DNA from: a virus
Reading direction: 5' to 3' (one strand)
Length of the DNA: 64,000 nucleotides
Virus record (IMG/VR): IMGVR_UViG_3300026290_000007
Shown: piece by piece, positions 1 to 7,841 of the stretch
Layout: every line of letters begins with the position of its first letter
Position numbering within the stretch: position 1 is the stretch's first letter
The notes under the pieces: generated by a model
Told to the model about the DNA's origin: nothing
Seen by the model: only the letters and a program-made list of their open reading frames with translations
Database searches by the model: none
Program-made: the position numbers and the translations under genes

Positions 1-95
1 AAATACTCAAGCTTGTAAAAAGCCTAGGATCTATGAGACTCCAATTATAATGTGGTATGCAACTAAAAGGAATTTACACAGAAAATAAATTCAGA

Positions 96-125
96 TTGCA
101 TATTATGTATCACCTTGGTTATACT
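96..125 (+). promoter_or_regulatory. candidate sigma70/sigmaA-type promoter of the only plus-strand gene
   Basis: TTGCAT (96-101), 18-nt spacer, TATACT (120-125). AGGAGG at 132-137 and ATG at 146 follow. Pattern match only. Confidence 0.4.
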
Positions 126-145
126 ATATCCAGGAGGAATGTAAT

Positions 146-736
146 ATGCCTGGAAGACGATTCACAGAAGAAGAACGGAAAACAATACTGGAAGGTTGGT
201 TTGATCCCAAGAACAGAAAAGAGATATGCCAAAAGCTACAACGTACAGAAGGTACTTGTGCGTTTGAATACTACAGGATGCTTAGAAAGCGTGGGATATC
301 TCCCGCTGAATACAAGAAAAGTCTGCTTGATCAAAGTGTAATTCAGAGAGTCCAAGAGAATTCCAAAGCCGATAACAAAGATTTTCTTGTGTTGCAACTG
401 GAGAATCTTATAACTCTTATAAAACAAAAAGAACCTGTTAATATACAGGTTCTTTTACAGGAGAACTTAGTCCTGAAGAGCAAAGTTGCGAGCTTAGAAA
501 CAAAGCTCAATGAAGTGCAGTCTACGCTTAAAAGCGAAAGAGAGGCATATCAGAAAACCTACAAGGAACTCGACTACTGGCTCAATCAATACTTTAACTT
601 GACTAGCATCGAGAAACTGGCTAGCCTTAAAGATTTCCTTCCTAGGGTCAAAACAGTTGTCGATAAATACGGCACCGTGGTGGGCCTAGTAAAAGAAGGA
701 GATCTTCATCCGATGCTCAAGGTATCAACTAGCTGA
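146..736 (+). CDS. hypothetical coiled-coil protein, possible DNA-binding regulator
   Basis: 196-aa ORF with ATG start and AGGAGG 8 nt upstream. Basic helical N-terminus (RRFTEEERKTILEGW, Myb/SANT-like flavour) is followed by a long heptad-rich region. No family recognised. The 3' end overlaps the convergent 725..1435 gene by 12 nt. Confidence 0.6.
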   Translation: MPGRRFTEEERKTILEGWFDPKNRKEICQKLQRTEGTCAFEYYRMLRKRGISPAEYKKSLLDQSVIQRVQENSKADNKDFLVLQLENLITLIKQKEPVNIQVLLQENLVLKSKVASLETKLNEVQSTLKSEREAYQKTYKELDYWLNQYFNLTSIEKLASLKDFLPRVKTVVDKYGTVVGLVKEGDLHPMLKVSTS

Positions 737-1435
737 CCAGCACGTATCATGGTAATCGCACCACTTACATTCATAGCTGCTCTTGATGTATTCACGTCGA
801 GGCAGCTCTTTTTTTGTAACGCAATCGTTCACCATGACAACCTTTTCGAGGAGACGTTTTCCAAACTCGGGATCATAATCAACCAGGAACTCTAAAATTT
901 CCTGGTTATTTTTATTCTCGATAAATATTAATCCATAAGGTATCTTGAGGAGTTCCATGTATAACTGAATCTGAGCATAGTAATCAGGATTAGGTTCATT
1001 GCTCTTGACCATCTGGGCAAACTTCTTGTCATTAGCACTTTTTAGCTCAACAATGGCAACATCATCCACGCCAGGTATAATGTCTTTAGTCGTAATGATA
1101 GAATCCAATCTCCCAGATATTCTAAGCTCAGGAACCTTAATAGGAAACTCATTTGCTACAAGTATCCCCATTTCTTCAAACCATGTCTGATACCTTTCAT
1201 GCATTGAATTGCCGTTCTCCATTATCCGTATAAGTTTCGGCTCTTTTGGAGGTTTTGGATATCCAAGCATATCATACACTATGTAACGTGAACATTTGTT
1301 GGCACTAGAGGGATAGAATCTTGGGCCTTCCAGCTCTGTCTTCTTCGCTCTTTCGACGTTAGATTTAGCATCCTTGTCTAATAAGTGGCTTGCAATTTTA
1401 GCAGCTAATAGTTTTTGTGAAATTATCATAATCAA
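725..1435 (-). CDS. Cas4/RecB-like PD-(D/E)XK exonuclease with 4-Cys (Fe-S type) cluster
   Basis: Motifs 'GRLDSI' (D), 'VELKS' (ExK) and 'QIQLY' (QxxxY). N-terminal Cys ('NKCSRY') plus C-terminal 'CKWCDYHDTC' (CxxCx5C). AAGGAG lies upstream. The track start is TTG at 1435; an ATG at 1429 is an alternative. Confidence 0.75.
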   Translation of the reverse strand: MIMIISQKLLAAKIASHLLDKDAKSNVERAKKTELEGPRFYPSSANKCSRYIVYDMLGYPKPPKEPKLIRIMENGNSMHERYQTWFEEMGILVANEFPIKVPELRISGRLDSIITTKDIIPGVDDVAIVELKSANDKKFAQMVKSNEPNPDYYAQIQLYMELLKIPYGLIFIENKNNQEILEFLVDYDPEFGKRLLEKVVMVNDCVTKKELPRREYIKSSYECKWCDYHDTCWSAS

Positions 1436-1453
1436 TATCTTCTCCTTATAGAT

Positions 1454-1482
1454 ATTATTATATGCGTTTCATTGTTAGTCAA
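1454..1482 (-). promoter_or_regulatory. candidate sigma70-type promoter for the Cas4-like gene
   Basis: Minus strand reads TTGACT (1477-1482), 17 nt, AATAAT (1454-1459), then AAGGAG and the start codon. It lies directly downstream of the tandem terminators. Confidence 0.4.
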
Positions 1483-1517
1483 CGAATAAATTTCATAGAA
1501 AAGAATAGAATAAATAT

Positions 1518-1587
1518 GGGCACTATCCCCTTTGTCCAAGACAAAGGTGCCCAATAGAAAAGCCAGGGTCGGGTCACCCTGGCTTTT
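1518..1587 (-). terminator. tandem rho-independent terminators ending the long minus-strand transcription unit
   Basis: Hairpin 1 (1558-1587): AAAAGCCAGGGT / ACCCTGGCTTTT around a 6-nt loop that contains the stop codon of 1574..2302; a T-run follows on the minus strand and A/T runs flank both sides. Hairpin 2 (1518-1552): GGGCA-CCTTTGTC-ttg-GACAAAGG-(bulge)-TGCCC, followed by a U-rich stretch. Confidence 0.55.
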
Positions 1588-2302
1588 TAAATGTAGCTAA
1601 CTGAGCTAAGTTCATAATGTGATCACAACATACAGACGTGTTTGCCCATATGGTAAATCTCTTAGCTTTAGCGTCTTCGCAGAATGTTATGTCTTCACCT
1701 TGACGATGGTATCCATACCTTACTCCAGCTTCTAATACTCTCCTAGATATGAGATAAACTGCCCCCGTAACATCGCACTTAAATAGAGAGTTCTTTGGAA
1801 AATCAAAATAATGTCTTATAGTACCAGCTTTGTTCTTCATGAGTATATTAGGATATCTTTTGGAAGCATCATTCCATATTTGTGCTGCAACAATATCTTT
1901 ATCTGATTTCAAAAGTTCATTAAGAGTCTCAGGTTGAACCAATATATCAGAGTCAACACTAAACAGGTAATCTGCTCGTGAACGCAACGCGGTGTCTAAG
2001 AACTTGTTCCTAACAATCGATAGCGTATGATAGATTTTTTCTCGAACGTAATGAGTACGCTCATCTGGGATTTGTCCTTGGTTACAGTGCACAACAATTG
2101 TTGAGCTGTATTCTTCTCCATATTCTGCAAGCCATTTATTAATGATGCTTTCTGAAGCATCTCTTGAATCGTTAATCACGAAACAAAGAATGATCTTTTT
2201 TTTATCATAGTTAAGATTATAGATGTGTTCCAGATAAGTTGGTAGTATCCATGCCCTATCTCTGACGGGTGCCCCCACCATAACTGTAGGTGTCTTATCC
2301 AT
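1574..2302 (-). CDS. GT-A fold glycosyltransferase (Anp1/Mnn9-like or GT2-like)
   Basis: 242 aa. N-terminal 'VMVGAPVRDRAWILPTYLEH...CFVINDSRD', DxD-type 'SVDSDI', C-terminal 'GEDITFCEDAK'. No TM segment. ATG start. Confidence 0.65.
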   Translation of the reverse strand: MDKTPTVMVGAPVRDRAWILPTYLEHIYNLNYDKKKIILCFVINDSRDASESIINKWLAEYGEEYSSTIVVHCNQGQIPDERTHYVREKIYHTLSIVRNKFLDTALRSRADYLFSVDSDILVQPETLNELLKSDKDIVAAQIWNDASKRYPNILMKNKAGTIRHYFDFPKNSLFKCDVTGAVYLISRRVLEAGVRYGYHRQGEDITFCEDAKAKRFTIWANTSVCCDHIMNLAQLATFKKPG

Positions 2303-2304
2303 AT

Positions 2305-3411
2305 TTAAGCAGCTCCACTTTTAAGATATTCTAGCACAAAATCTATAATTTTCTCGCTAGCATGTCCATCCCCATAGGGACTTACTGCCTTAGCCATTTG
2401 TTCATACTGAAATGTATTAGTAAGCAAACGGGCTGCCGTTAGGCCAAAGGCCATAGGGTGGCACAATCTCGCAACCCCTGCTTTAATTCCCTCTGTTCTC
2501 TCTGTGCTTTCGCGTATAACAATAACAGGTTTTCCAAGCGAAGGAGCCTCTTCTTGTATTCCTCCAGAGTCAGTAATAACTAACTTACATCGCGCCATTA
2601 CATGGGTTAATTGTCGATAATTCATAGGAGTAGTGAGCATTATCTTAGAGTGATTGGATAATTTCCTATATACCATCTCTTTTACGTTTGGATTCGGATG
2701 TACAGGGAAAACAATATAACACCCAGTACTTCTAACTAAATCTAATATCTCATTACATATCTGTTCTATATACTTGAAGTTTTCGCGCCTGTGCGCCGTA
2801 ACTAAAACAATGTCGCCCTTTACGCCGTCAACAGGACAGACTTCTGAGTCAGATGAAGTATTGACAACATCAAGAAATGCATCTATACCGGTATTGCCAG
2901 TAACAACAATAGTTTTTTCGGGAATTCCTTCTTTGATAAGGTTGTCGCGCGACTCTATTGTTGGAGCAAAATGATGCATTGCTAATGGGGATATCATTCT
3001 CCTGTGAGCTTCCTCTGGGAAAGGATCATAACGATACGTCCTAAGACCGGCTTCAACATGTCCAATCGGAATGTTTCTATAAAATCCAGCCAATGCTCCG
3101 AAAAATGCTGAAGAAGTATCTCCCTGTACCAAAATATAGTCAGGTTTTTCTGTCACGATAACGTCATCTAATCTAGTAATAAGTCGTCTCCCAAGCATAG
3201 CAAGGCTTTGGCCATGCATCGTACCTAATACATCAAGGTCGTAATCTGGTTTGATATGGAATACATCAAGAGCAGACTTAAGCATTTCTGATGAATGTTG
3301 CCCAGTGGATACTGTGACCACGCCAATCTTGCGTTTCTTTAGTTCTTTAATAATAGGCGCCATTTTTATTGCCTCTGGCCTTGTGCCAAATACTGCCATT
3401 ATTCTTTTCAT
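2305..3411 (-). CDS. wecB: UDP-N-acetylglucosamine 2-epimerase (non-hydrolysing), WecB/MnaA family
   Basis: Full-length 368 aa with hallmark 'MAVFGTRPEAIKMAPI', 'HVEAGLRT' and 'DSGGIQEEAPSLGKPV'. Confidence 0.92.
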   Translation of the reverse strand: MKRIMAVFGTRPEAIKMAPIIKELKKRKIGVVTVSTGQHSSEMLKSALDVFHIKPDYDLDVLGTMHGQSLAMLGRRLITRLDDVIVTEKPDYILVQGDTSSAFFGALAGFYRNIPIGHVEAGLRTYRYDPFPEEAHRRMISPLAMHHFAPTIESRDNLIKEGIPEKTIVVTGNTGIDAFLDVVNTSSDSEVCPVDGVKGDIVLVTAHRRENFKYIEQICNEILDLVRSTGCYIVFPVHPNPNVKEMVYRKLSNHSKIMLTTPMNYRQLTHVMARCKLVITDSGGIQEEAPSLGKPVIVIRESTERTEGIKAGVARLCHPMAFGLTAARLLTNTFQYEQMAKAVSPYGDGHASEKIIDFVLEYLKSGAA

Positions 3412-3421
3412 TATATGTTAC

Positions 3422-3514
3422 CTACTTGTTTAAGAAGTTCTGCAGTTCTCTCGCCAGACCTTCCTCAATCTCTCCGTACAGTCCGCCAATACGGACAAAG
3501 TTAATAGACTTCAT
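3422..3514 (-). pseudogene. 30-codon relic resembling the N-terminus of the TagF-like paralogs (or a tiny ORF)
   Basis: Minus-strand ORF MKSINFVRIGGLYGEIEEGLARELQNFLNK in the otherwise unexplained 105-nt gap. Compare 'MKPINFVMKNTGAFY' (3517..4431) and 'VKKINLLAVGGPYEKI' (5671..6543). GAGGAA lies upstream. Confidence 0.25.
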
Positions 3515-3516
3515 GC

Positions 3517-4431
3517 TTAAATGCTTCCTCCCGCTAGTTTTAGTAGCATGCTGGCACTTTCTTTTCCAGATTTACCTCGTAATTTTTGTGGGAAAATATC
3601 TTCTATGAAATCTTGTGTTGTCTTATCTATGCCTTTCTTGTATGCCAACCTAACAAGTTCACATAGATCCTTCATGTTTGTTGCATGGTAACCGATTTTA
3701 TTTTTATATATATAATCTTCGAAAGAATTGTTATAAGTTTTCTGTATGTAGTCTTTAACAAGCCAATCTGGAAAAACAACAGGCTTGCCTAAAGACCATG
3801 CTTCATAAATGATGCTACTACAATCGCTAATTACAACATCTGCATTTGCTAATCCTTGTAGCGTAACTACACCTTTAGCGTTAGCTGGATGCAAAGATGT
3901 TATGGTTTTAAACTCTTTAGGCATATTTCCAAGTAGTTGCATAAAGTTAGGATAAGCTGATGCACCTTTCCTGCTAGTCCATCCTGGTAAGTTATGTGTG
4001 GGTGCATATAACACAACAGGCTTATCGCTGCTTTCCTTAACAATCTCTCCTTGAAAAATAGGGTCTAGTTTTGTATATCCAACAACTAGAATTTTGCTTT
4101 TATTTAACCCTTGGCGGATCATTTTGTTTACCCACGATGGTCCTGAAACACAAACGTAGTCAAATACTTTTACTTTACTAGCGTTTCTCCAATTCTTATC
4201 TGCTATCCCATGAGAAATAAAAACATTTGTACCCGTCACATTGATCTTCTTGAAATAATTTATGGGGTCTAAAAAGAAATGCACATTAATTGCATTCTTC
4301 ATGCAATCGTTCGTTTCATAAAACTCAGGCAGGTATTTTTCGATAGGATCAATTAAGCTTCTAACTACACCTAGGTAGAATGCGCCTGTGTTCTTCATAA
4401 CGAAATTAATAGGCTTCATCTGGCTATACAC
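3517..4431 (-). CDS. CDP-polyol:polyol-phosphate transferase, TagB/TagF family (minimal catalytic domain)
   Basis: 'ISHGIADKNW', 'YAPTHNLPGW', 'SLHPANAKG' and 'DCSSIIYEAWSLGKPVV' fit the Glyphos_transf pattern. 304 aa, no TM. The track start is GTG at 4431; ATG at 4419 (MKPINF) is more likely given the paralog N-termini. Confidence 0.78.
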   Translation of the reverse strand: MYSQMKPINFVMKNTGAFYLGVVRSLIDPIEKYLPEFYETNDCMKNAINVHFFLDPINYFKKINVTGTNVFISHGIADKNWRNASKVKVFDYVCVSGPSWVNKMIRQGLNKSKILVVGYTKLDPIFQGEIVKESSDKPVVLYAPTHNLPGWTSRKGASAYPNFMQLLGNMPKEFKTITSLHPANAKGVVTLQGLANADVVISDCSSIIYEAWSLGKPVVFPDWLVKDYIQKTYNNSFEDYIYKNKIGYHATNMKDLCELVRLAYKKGIDKTTQDFIEDIFPQKLRGKSGKESASMLLKLAGGSI

Positions 4432-5050
4432 CTCTTACTCTGATGTTTTGACCATCAATCAAATCACCGTTGTCAACTAGAAAGGAAACTATATCTGCTA
4501 CATCTTCAGGTTGCATGATACTTGTTTGATCTTCATCTGGAGCGAGCTTCTTCCTAAGTGCAGTAGCACACCTTCCAGGAGAAAGACAATATACTTTGAT
4601 ACCATAAGGACTTAGTTCCTCTGACATTGTTGCAGAAAAATTAATCACGGCTGCCTTGGCTGCAGCATACGCACTCCAACCAGGTTGCGCCCTCATTCCT
4701 GCGGTAGAAGCAATATTGATAATCTTACCTCCGACGTTCTTAGCATGTTTGACAAATTCACGCGTGCAAAAGAACGTACCGCTTAGATTGGTATTAATGG
4801 TTTGATACCATTCCTCGTCTGTTATTTCAAGCAACCCTTTTGGCTCTACGAATCCTGCACAATTAACAAGCACCGACGGAATTCCGTGAAACTTGACTAT
4901 CTCGCTGAATAAGAAACTTACATCCCAAGGACTGGTTACATCAAACCCAGCTGATCTTGATAAGTTCCACACTTGATGTGTCTCTGACAATTTTTTAGAT
5001 ATAGCAAGACCTATGCCGCTACTGCCTCCTGTTACAACCGCTATCTCCAT
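4424..5050 (-). CDS. short-chain dehydrogenase/reductase (classical SDR); candidate pentulose-5-P reductase
   Basis: 'VVTGGSSGIGLA' (TGxxxGxG), 'NCAG', and catalytic 'S...YAAAKAA' (YxxxK). The ATG start lies 32 nt inside the preceding cytidylyltransferase gene. Confidence 0.85.
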   Translation of the reverse strand: MEIAVVTGGSSGIGLAISKKLSETHQVWNLSRSAGFDVTSPWDVSFLFSEIVKFHGIPSVLVNCAGFVEPKGLLEITDEEWYQTINTNLSGTFFCTREFVKHAKNVGGKIINIASTAGMRAQPGWSAYAAAKAAVINFSATMSEELSPYGIKVYCLSPGRCATALRKKLAPDEDQTSIMQPEDVADIVSFLVDNGDLIDGQNIRVRGV

Positions 5051-5678
5051 AAAGAATCGCCTCCGCTAATCTGAAGTCCAATGGTGTTGTTATTTTAATG
5101 TTATGCTCTAGTCCTTTTATAACTGCAGGTGAAATCCCGAATACATCTTTGAGTAAACTTGAATCATCAGTATAAGTCTTGTCAGCTAAAAAGTGTGCTC
5201 CAGACAATATTCTTCTGTCGAACACTTGTGGAAGTTGTACATTAAATACTGTATCCCGCGAAGGGAACAGTTCCGACGATGTATCATACAATGTAAAGTT
5301 CAAACTTTCAATTGGAATTACTGCTGTGTCGTCTATCGACAATAGTTCGCGCACATGTTCCTTTGTTATAAAAGGTCTAACAGCTTCGTGAATTATGACT
5401 CGGTCTGTTTGGCAATAAACAAGAGCATTCTTAACAGATTCTTGTCTGGTGTCTCCGCCTTCGATAACGACTGCCTTTGATATTTTATATTGATCAATAT
5501 ATGTCTGTACTCTATTGTCCCTAGACGCAACAATAATCCGCGATATCTCTTCCATAGACTCAAACAATTCTAATGGATAAACCACAATAGGTTTGCCGCC
5601 CAACAGGTAAAACTGTTTTGGATATGATAGCCCCGATCTCAAGCCTAATCCTGCAGCAAGTAAAATAACATCAAACAT
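5019..5678 (-). CDS. IspD/TarI-family cytidylyltransferase (polyol-phosphate cytidylyltransferase)
   Basis: 'VILLAAGLGLRSGLSYPKQF' matches the IspD/TarI signature (AAGxGxR...PKQ). 219 aa. The ATG start overlaps the stop of the upstream TagF-like gene (ATGTTTGA). Confidence 0.87.
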   Translation of the reverse strand: MFDVILLAAGLGLRSGLSYPKQFYLLGGKPIVVYPLELFESMEEISRIIVASRDNRVQTYIDQYKISKAVVIEGGDTRQESVKNALVYCQTDRVIIHEAVRPFITKEHVRELLSIDDTAVIPIESLNFTLYDTSSELFPSRDTVFNVQLPQVFDRRILSGAHFLADKTYTDDSSLLKDVFGISPAVIKGLEHNIKITTPLDFRLAEAILYGDSGCNRRQ

Positions 5679-6543
5679 TTGCTATACTCCTTAGAAGTGA
5701 AGCAGTCTCTGCTCCAGATTTGCCTCTCAAAGAAGAAGGTAATATACCTTCCATGAACTTGGTAACAGCAGGAGAAAGAGAATTTCTTAAGCCGTACGTT
5801 ATCATTCTCATTAGTTCGCTTTCGTTGTTGGCATGCAGGCCGAGCCTGCCATTGAATACTTGAGATTCAAGGCTGGATCCTCTGACCAAACTGGGCCTTA
5901 ATAGCCATGAAGGGAATACTACTTGTTTACCTAAAGCCCATGCTTCATATAATGTACTTCCAGAGTCCGCCACAACAACGTCGGCATTTACTAACTTTTG
6001 CAAGGTCGGTTCATGATTATCGCTGTTAGCTGGATGCAGGGAAGTAAGAACCTCATACCCCTTCTTGGTGAGCATCTCAAAAAATCTAGCAAGGTGAGGA
6101 TAACTAGACATTTTAGGATTGGAATTGTGGGTAGGTGCCCACAGTATTCTTTTTTTGGCCGAGGGTGTTTTAACAATCTTACTTTGAAATATAGGATCAA
6201 GCTTTGCATATCCGTTAACTAGAATTTTGTTTCTAGGGATGCCGTCTTTCAGCATTTTATCTACCCATGTTGGCCCAGACACACAAACATAGTCAAATCT
6301 TGATACGCTGCGTCCATCTCTATATCTCTTATCTGCTATACCGTGAGACATAAAAACCATAGTTCCAGTTTCTCTATACAACCAATTTTCTACAAAGAAA
6401 GTAACATTGATTGCATCAGGCTCAGGAACAGTAGTCACGGTCGCTTCTGGCAAATGTTCTAAGATTGGATTAATCATGCTTTTGATTATCTTTTCATACG
6501 GCCCACCGACAGCAAGCAAGTTTATTTTTTTCACAGTGCTCAC
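5671..6543 (-). CDS. CDP-polyol:polyol-phosphate transferase, TagB/TagF family (second paralog)
   Basis: 'MSHGIADKRY', 'WAPTHNS', 'SLHPANS' and 'DSGSTLYEAWALGKQVV', collinear with 3517..4431. The track start is GTG at 6543 with GAGGA abutting it. GTG at 6534 (MKKINLL) has better SD spacing. Confidence 0.78.
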   Translation of the reverse strand: MSTVKKINLLAVGGPYEKIIKSMINPILEHLPEATVTTVPEPDAINVTFFVENWLYRETGTMVFMSHGIADKRYRDGRSVSRFDYVCVSGPTWVDKMLKDGIPRNKILVNGYAKLDPIFQSKIVKTPSAKKRILWAPTHNSNPKMSSYPHLARFFEMLTKKGYEVLTSLHPANSDNHEPTLQKLVNADVVVADSGSTLYEAWALGKQVVFPSWLLRPSLVRGSSLESQVFNGRLGLHANNESELMRMITYGLRNSLSPAVTKFMEGILPSSLRGKSGAETASLLRSIANV

Positions 6544-6546
6544 TCC

Positions 6547-7194
6547 TCATAGTCCACTTTGCTTCACTAGGTTTGTCACCGTAGTATGCATGTAGTTGTT
6601 TGTTTGACTTACAACAACATTGCCCACTCTCTTTTCAGGCGATAAGACAGCTAAAGCAAGACCCCCTACGTATGTATTTCTAAAGAGATCTCCAGTTACA
6701 AAGTCTGTTTCAATTTTATGTACATGTGGATTGCCATTCCAGTCGGCATCCACAAAGGCTTGCCTGGTTTCTGGATACCACGAATCATGTCCCATAATTA
6801 TCATGTCATGGTTTACATGTAACTTAAGCAGGTTATTAATATCTGCCAATACTGTTTTATAAGAATGATCTCCATCAACCATTGCGAAATCAACACATAC
6901 ACCGTTGGTATTTAACTCGGATACCAAAGCTGGCAATGTCTCTTTGGAATCGCCTTCAATCCATTTAGCATTTGGATATAAAGACTTGTCAAGGTTTGAA
7001 TGGTTTATATCTAAAGAATACACTGTATCAAAATTTCGGCATAAAACTCTAAGGAACCCACCCTTGTAGCTTCCAATTTCTATTGCTACTTTCTTCCTGG
7101 GAATCTTGTTAAATAAATAGAAGATTGTCATCCTCTCAGCAAAGCTCATCTGCCATAATATATCTTGCGTAAAGATCTCATTTATATCTATCAT
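6547..7194 (-). CDS. class I SAM-dependent methyltransferase (CmcI/Methyltransf_24-like, sugar O-methyltransferase type)
   Basis: 'VAIEIGSYKGG' (motif I), 'SLDIN', and 'FAMVDGDHSY' typical of the CmcI-like family. I prefer ATG 7194, which forms an ATGA overlap with the upstream stop. The track's TTG at 7236 would add 14 aa. Confidence 0.72.
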   Translation of the reverse strand: MIDINEIFTQDILWQMSFAERMTIFYLFNKIPRKKVAIEIGSYKGGFLRVLCRNFDTVYSLDINHSNLDKSLYPNAKWIEGDSKETLPALVSELNTNGVCVDFAMVDGDHSYKTVLADINNLLKLHVNHDMIIMGHDSWYPETRQAFVDADWNGNPHVHKIETDFVTGDLFRNTYVGGLALAVLSPEKRVGNVVVSQTNNYMHTTVTNLVKQSGL

Positions 7195-7841
7195 TGAACC
7201 CTTATCCTTTCCTGAATCCGTGTACCTGGAAGCCAACTTCCAGCAAACATATGATAAGTGTAAGCTTCTGGAGTCACTATAGGTTGTAGCTTGGCATGGT
7301 TAAAACTGCAAAAGGTACTTACTGGAAATATGACAACTCCGTCCTGCAAGTAAATTCTACCGTTCTCTTTTTTAATCATTAAAGGCCAAGAAAGGTCTGT
7401 GATCAGTTTGGTATTTGGCGATACACGATGCGGATCAAAATCGGTACTATCATAGTAGTCAAGCATTGTCTTTACCCATGGGTGCCCAAGTTCGCTACCC
7501 ATGGTGGCGGTAACCCAAAGCTTTTCTGTCTCACATCCAGTAAATGCCCGAAGCGATAAAAACCCATCTAAGGGTTTAACCACTTCTACGTCAGAGTCTA
7601 GATAGATTCCTCCTTCGTTGTACAGCGCCCACATTCTTAGATAATCAGTTACAAATGCAAACTTCTTGGCATCGTATGCTTTTTTAGCATATGGATGAGC
7701 ACTAAGATCAAAGTTCTTTTCGTTCCACTCTTTAAATACATACCCGCGGAGGTGTCTTGACCAGCTACTTATGCATCTCTGTATCAATGGAGACTTTGGA
7801 GCTGAACCGAACCAGCAAGTATGAACGATTTTAGGAATCAT
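7191..7841 (-). CDS. GT32-type glycosyltransferase (DXD sugar-binding region, Och1/capsular type)
   Basis: 'IPKIVHTCWFG', 'FVTDYLRMWALYNEGGIYLDSDVE' (DxD). 216 aa. ATGA overlap with the upstream gene. Confidence 0.8.
   Translation of the reverse strand: MIPKIVHTCWFGSAPKSPLIQRCISSWSRHLRGYVFKEWNEKNFDLSAHPYAKKAYDAKKFAFVTDYLRMWALYNEGGIYLDSDVEVVKPLDGFLSLRAFTGCETEKLWVTATMGSELGHPWVKTMLDYYDSTDFDPHRVSPNTKLITDLSWPLMIKKENGRIYLQDGVVIFPVSTFCSFNHAKLQPIVTPEAYTYHMFAGSWLPGTRIQERIRVQ

Noticed and set aside
57-341. 94-aa plus-strand ORF overlapping the 5' part of 146..736, and the 63-aa minus ORF at 236..427
   Set aside because: Neither has a convincing SD, and both overlap a better-supported gene (AGGAGG plus ATG at 146) in another frame. 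Their composition looks like shadow ORFs.
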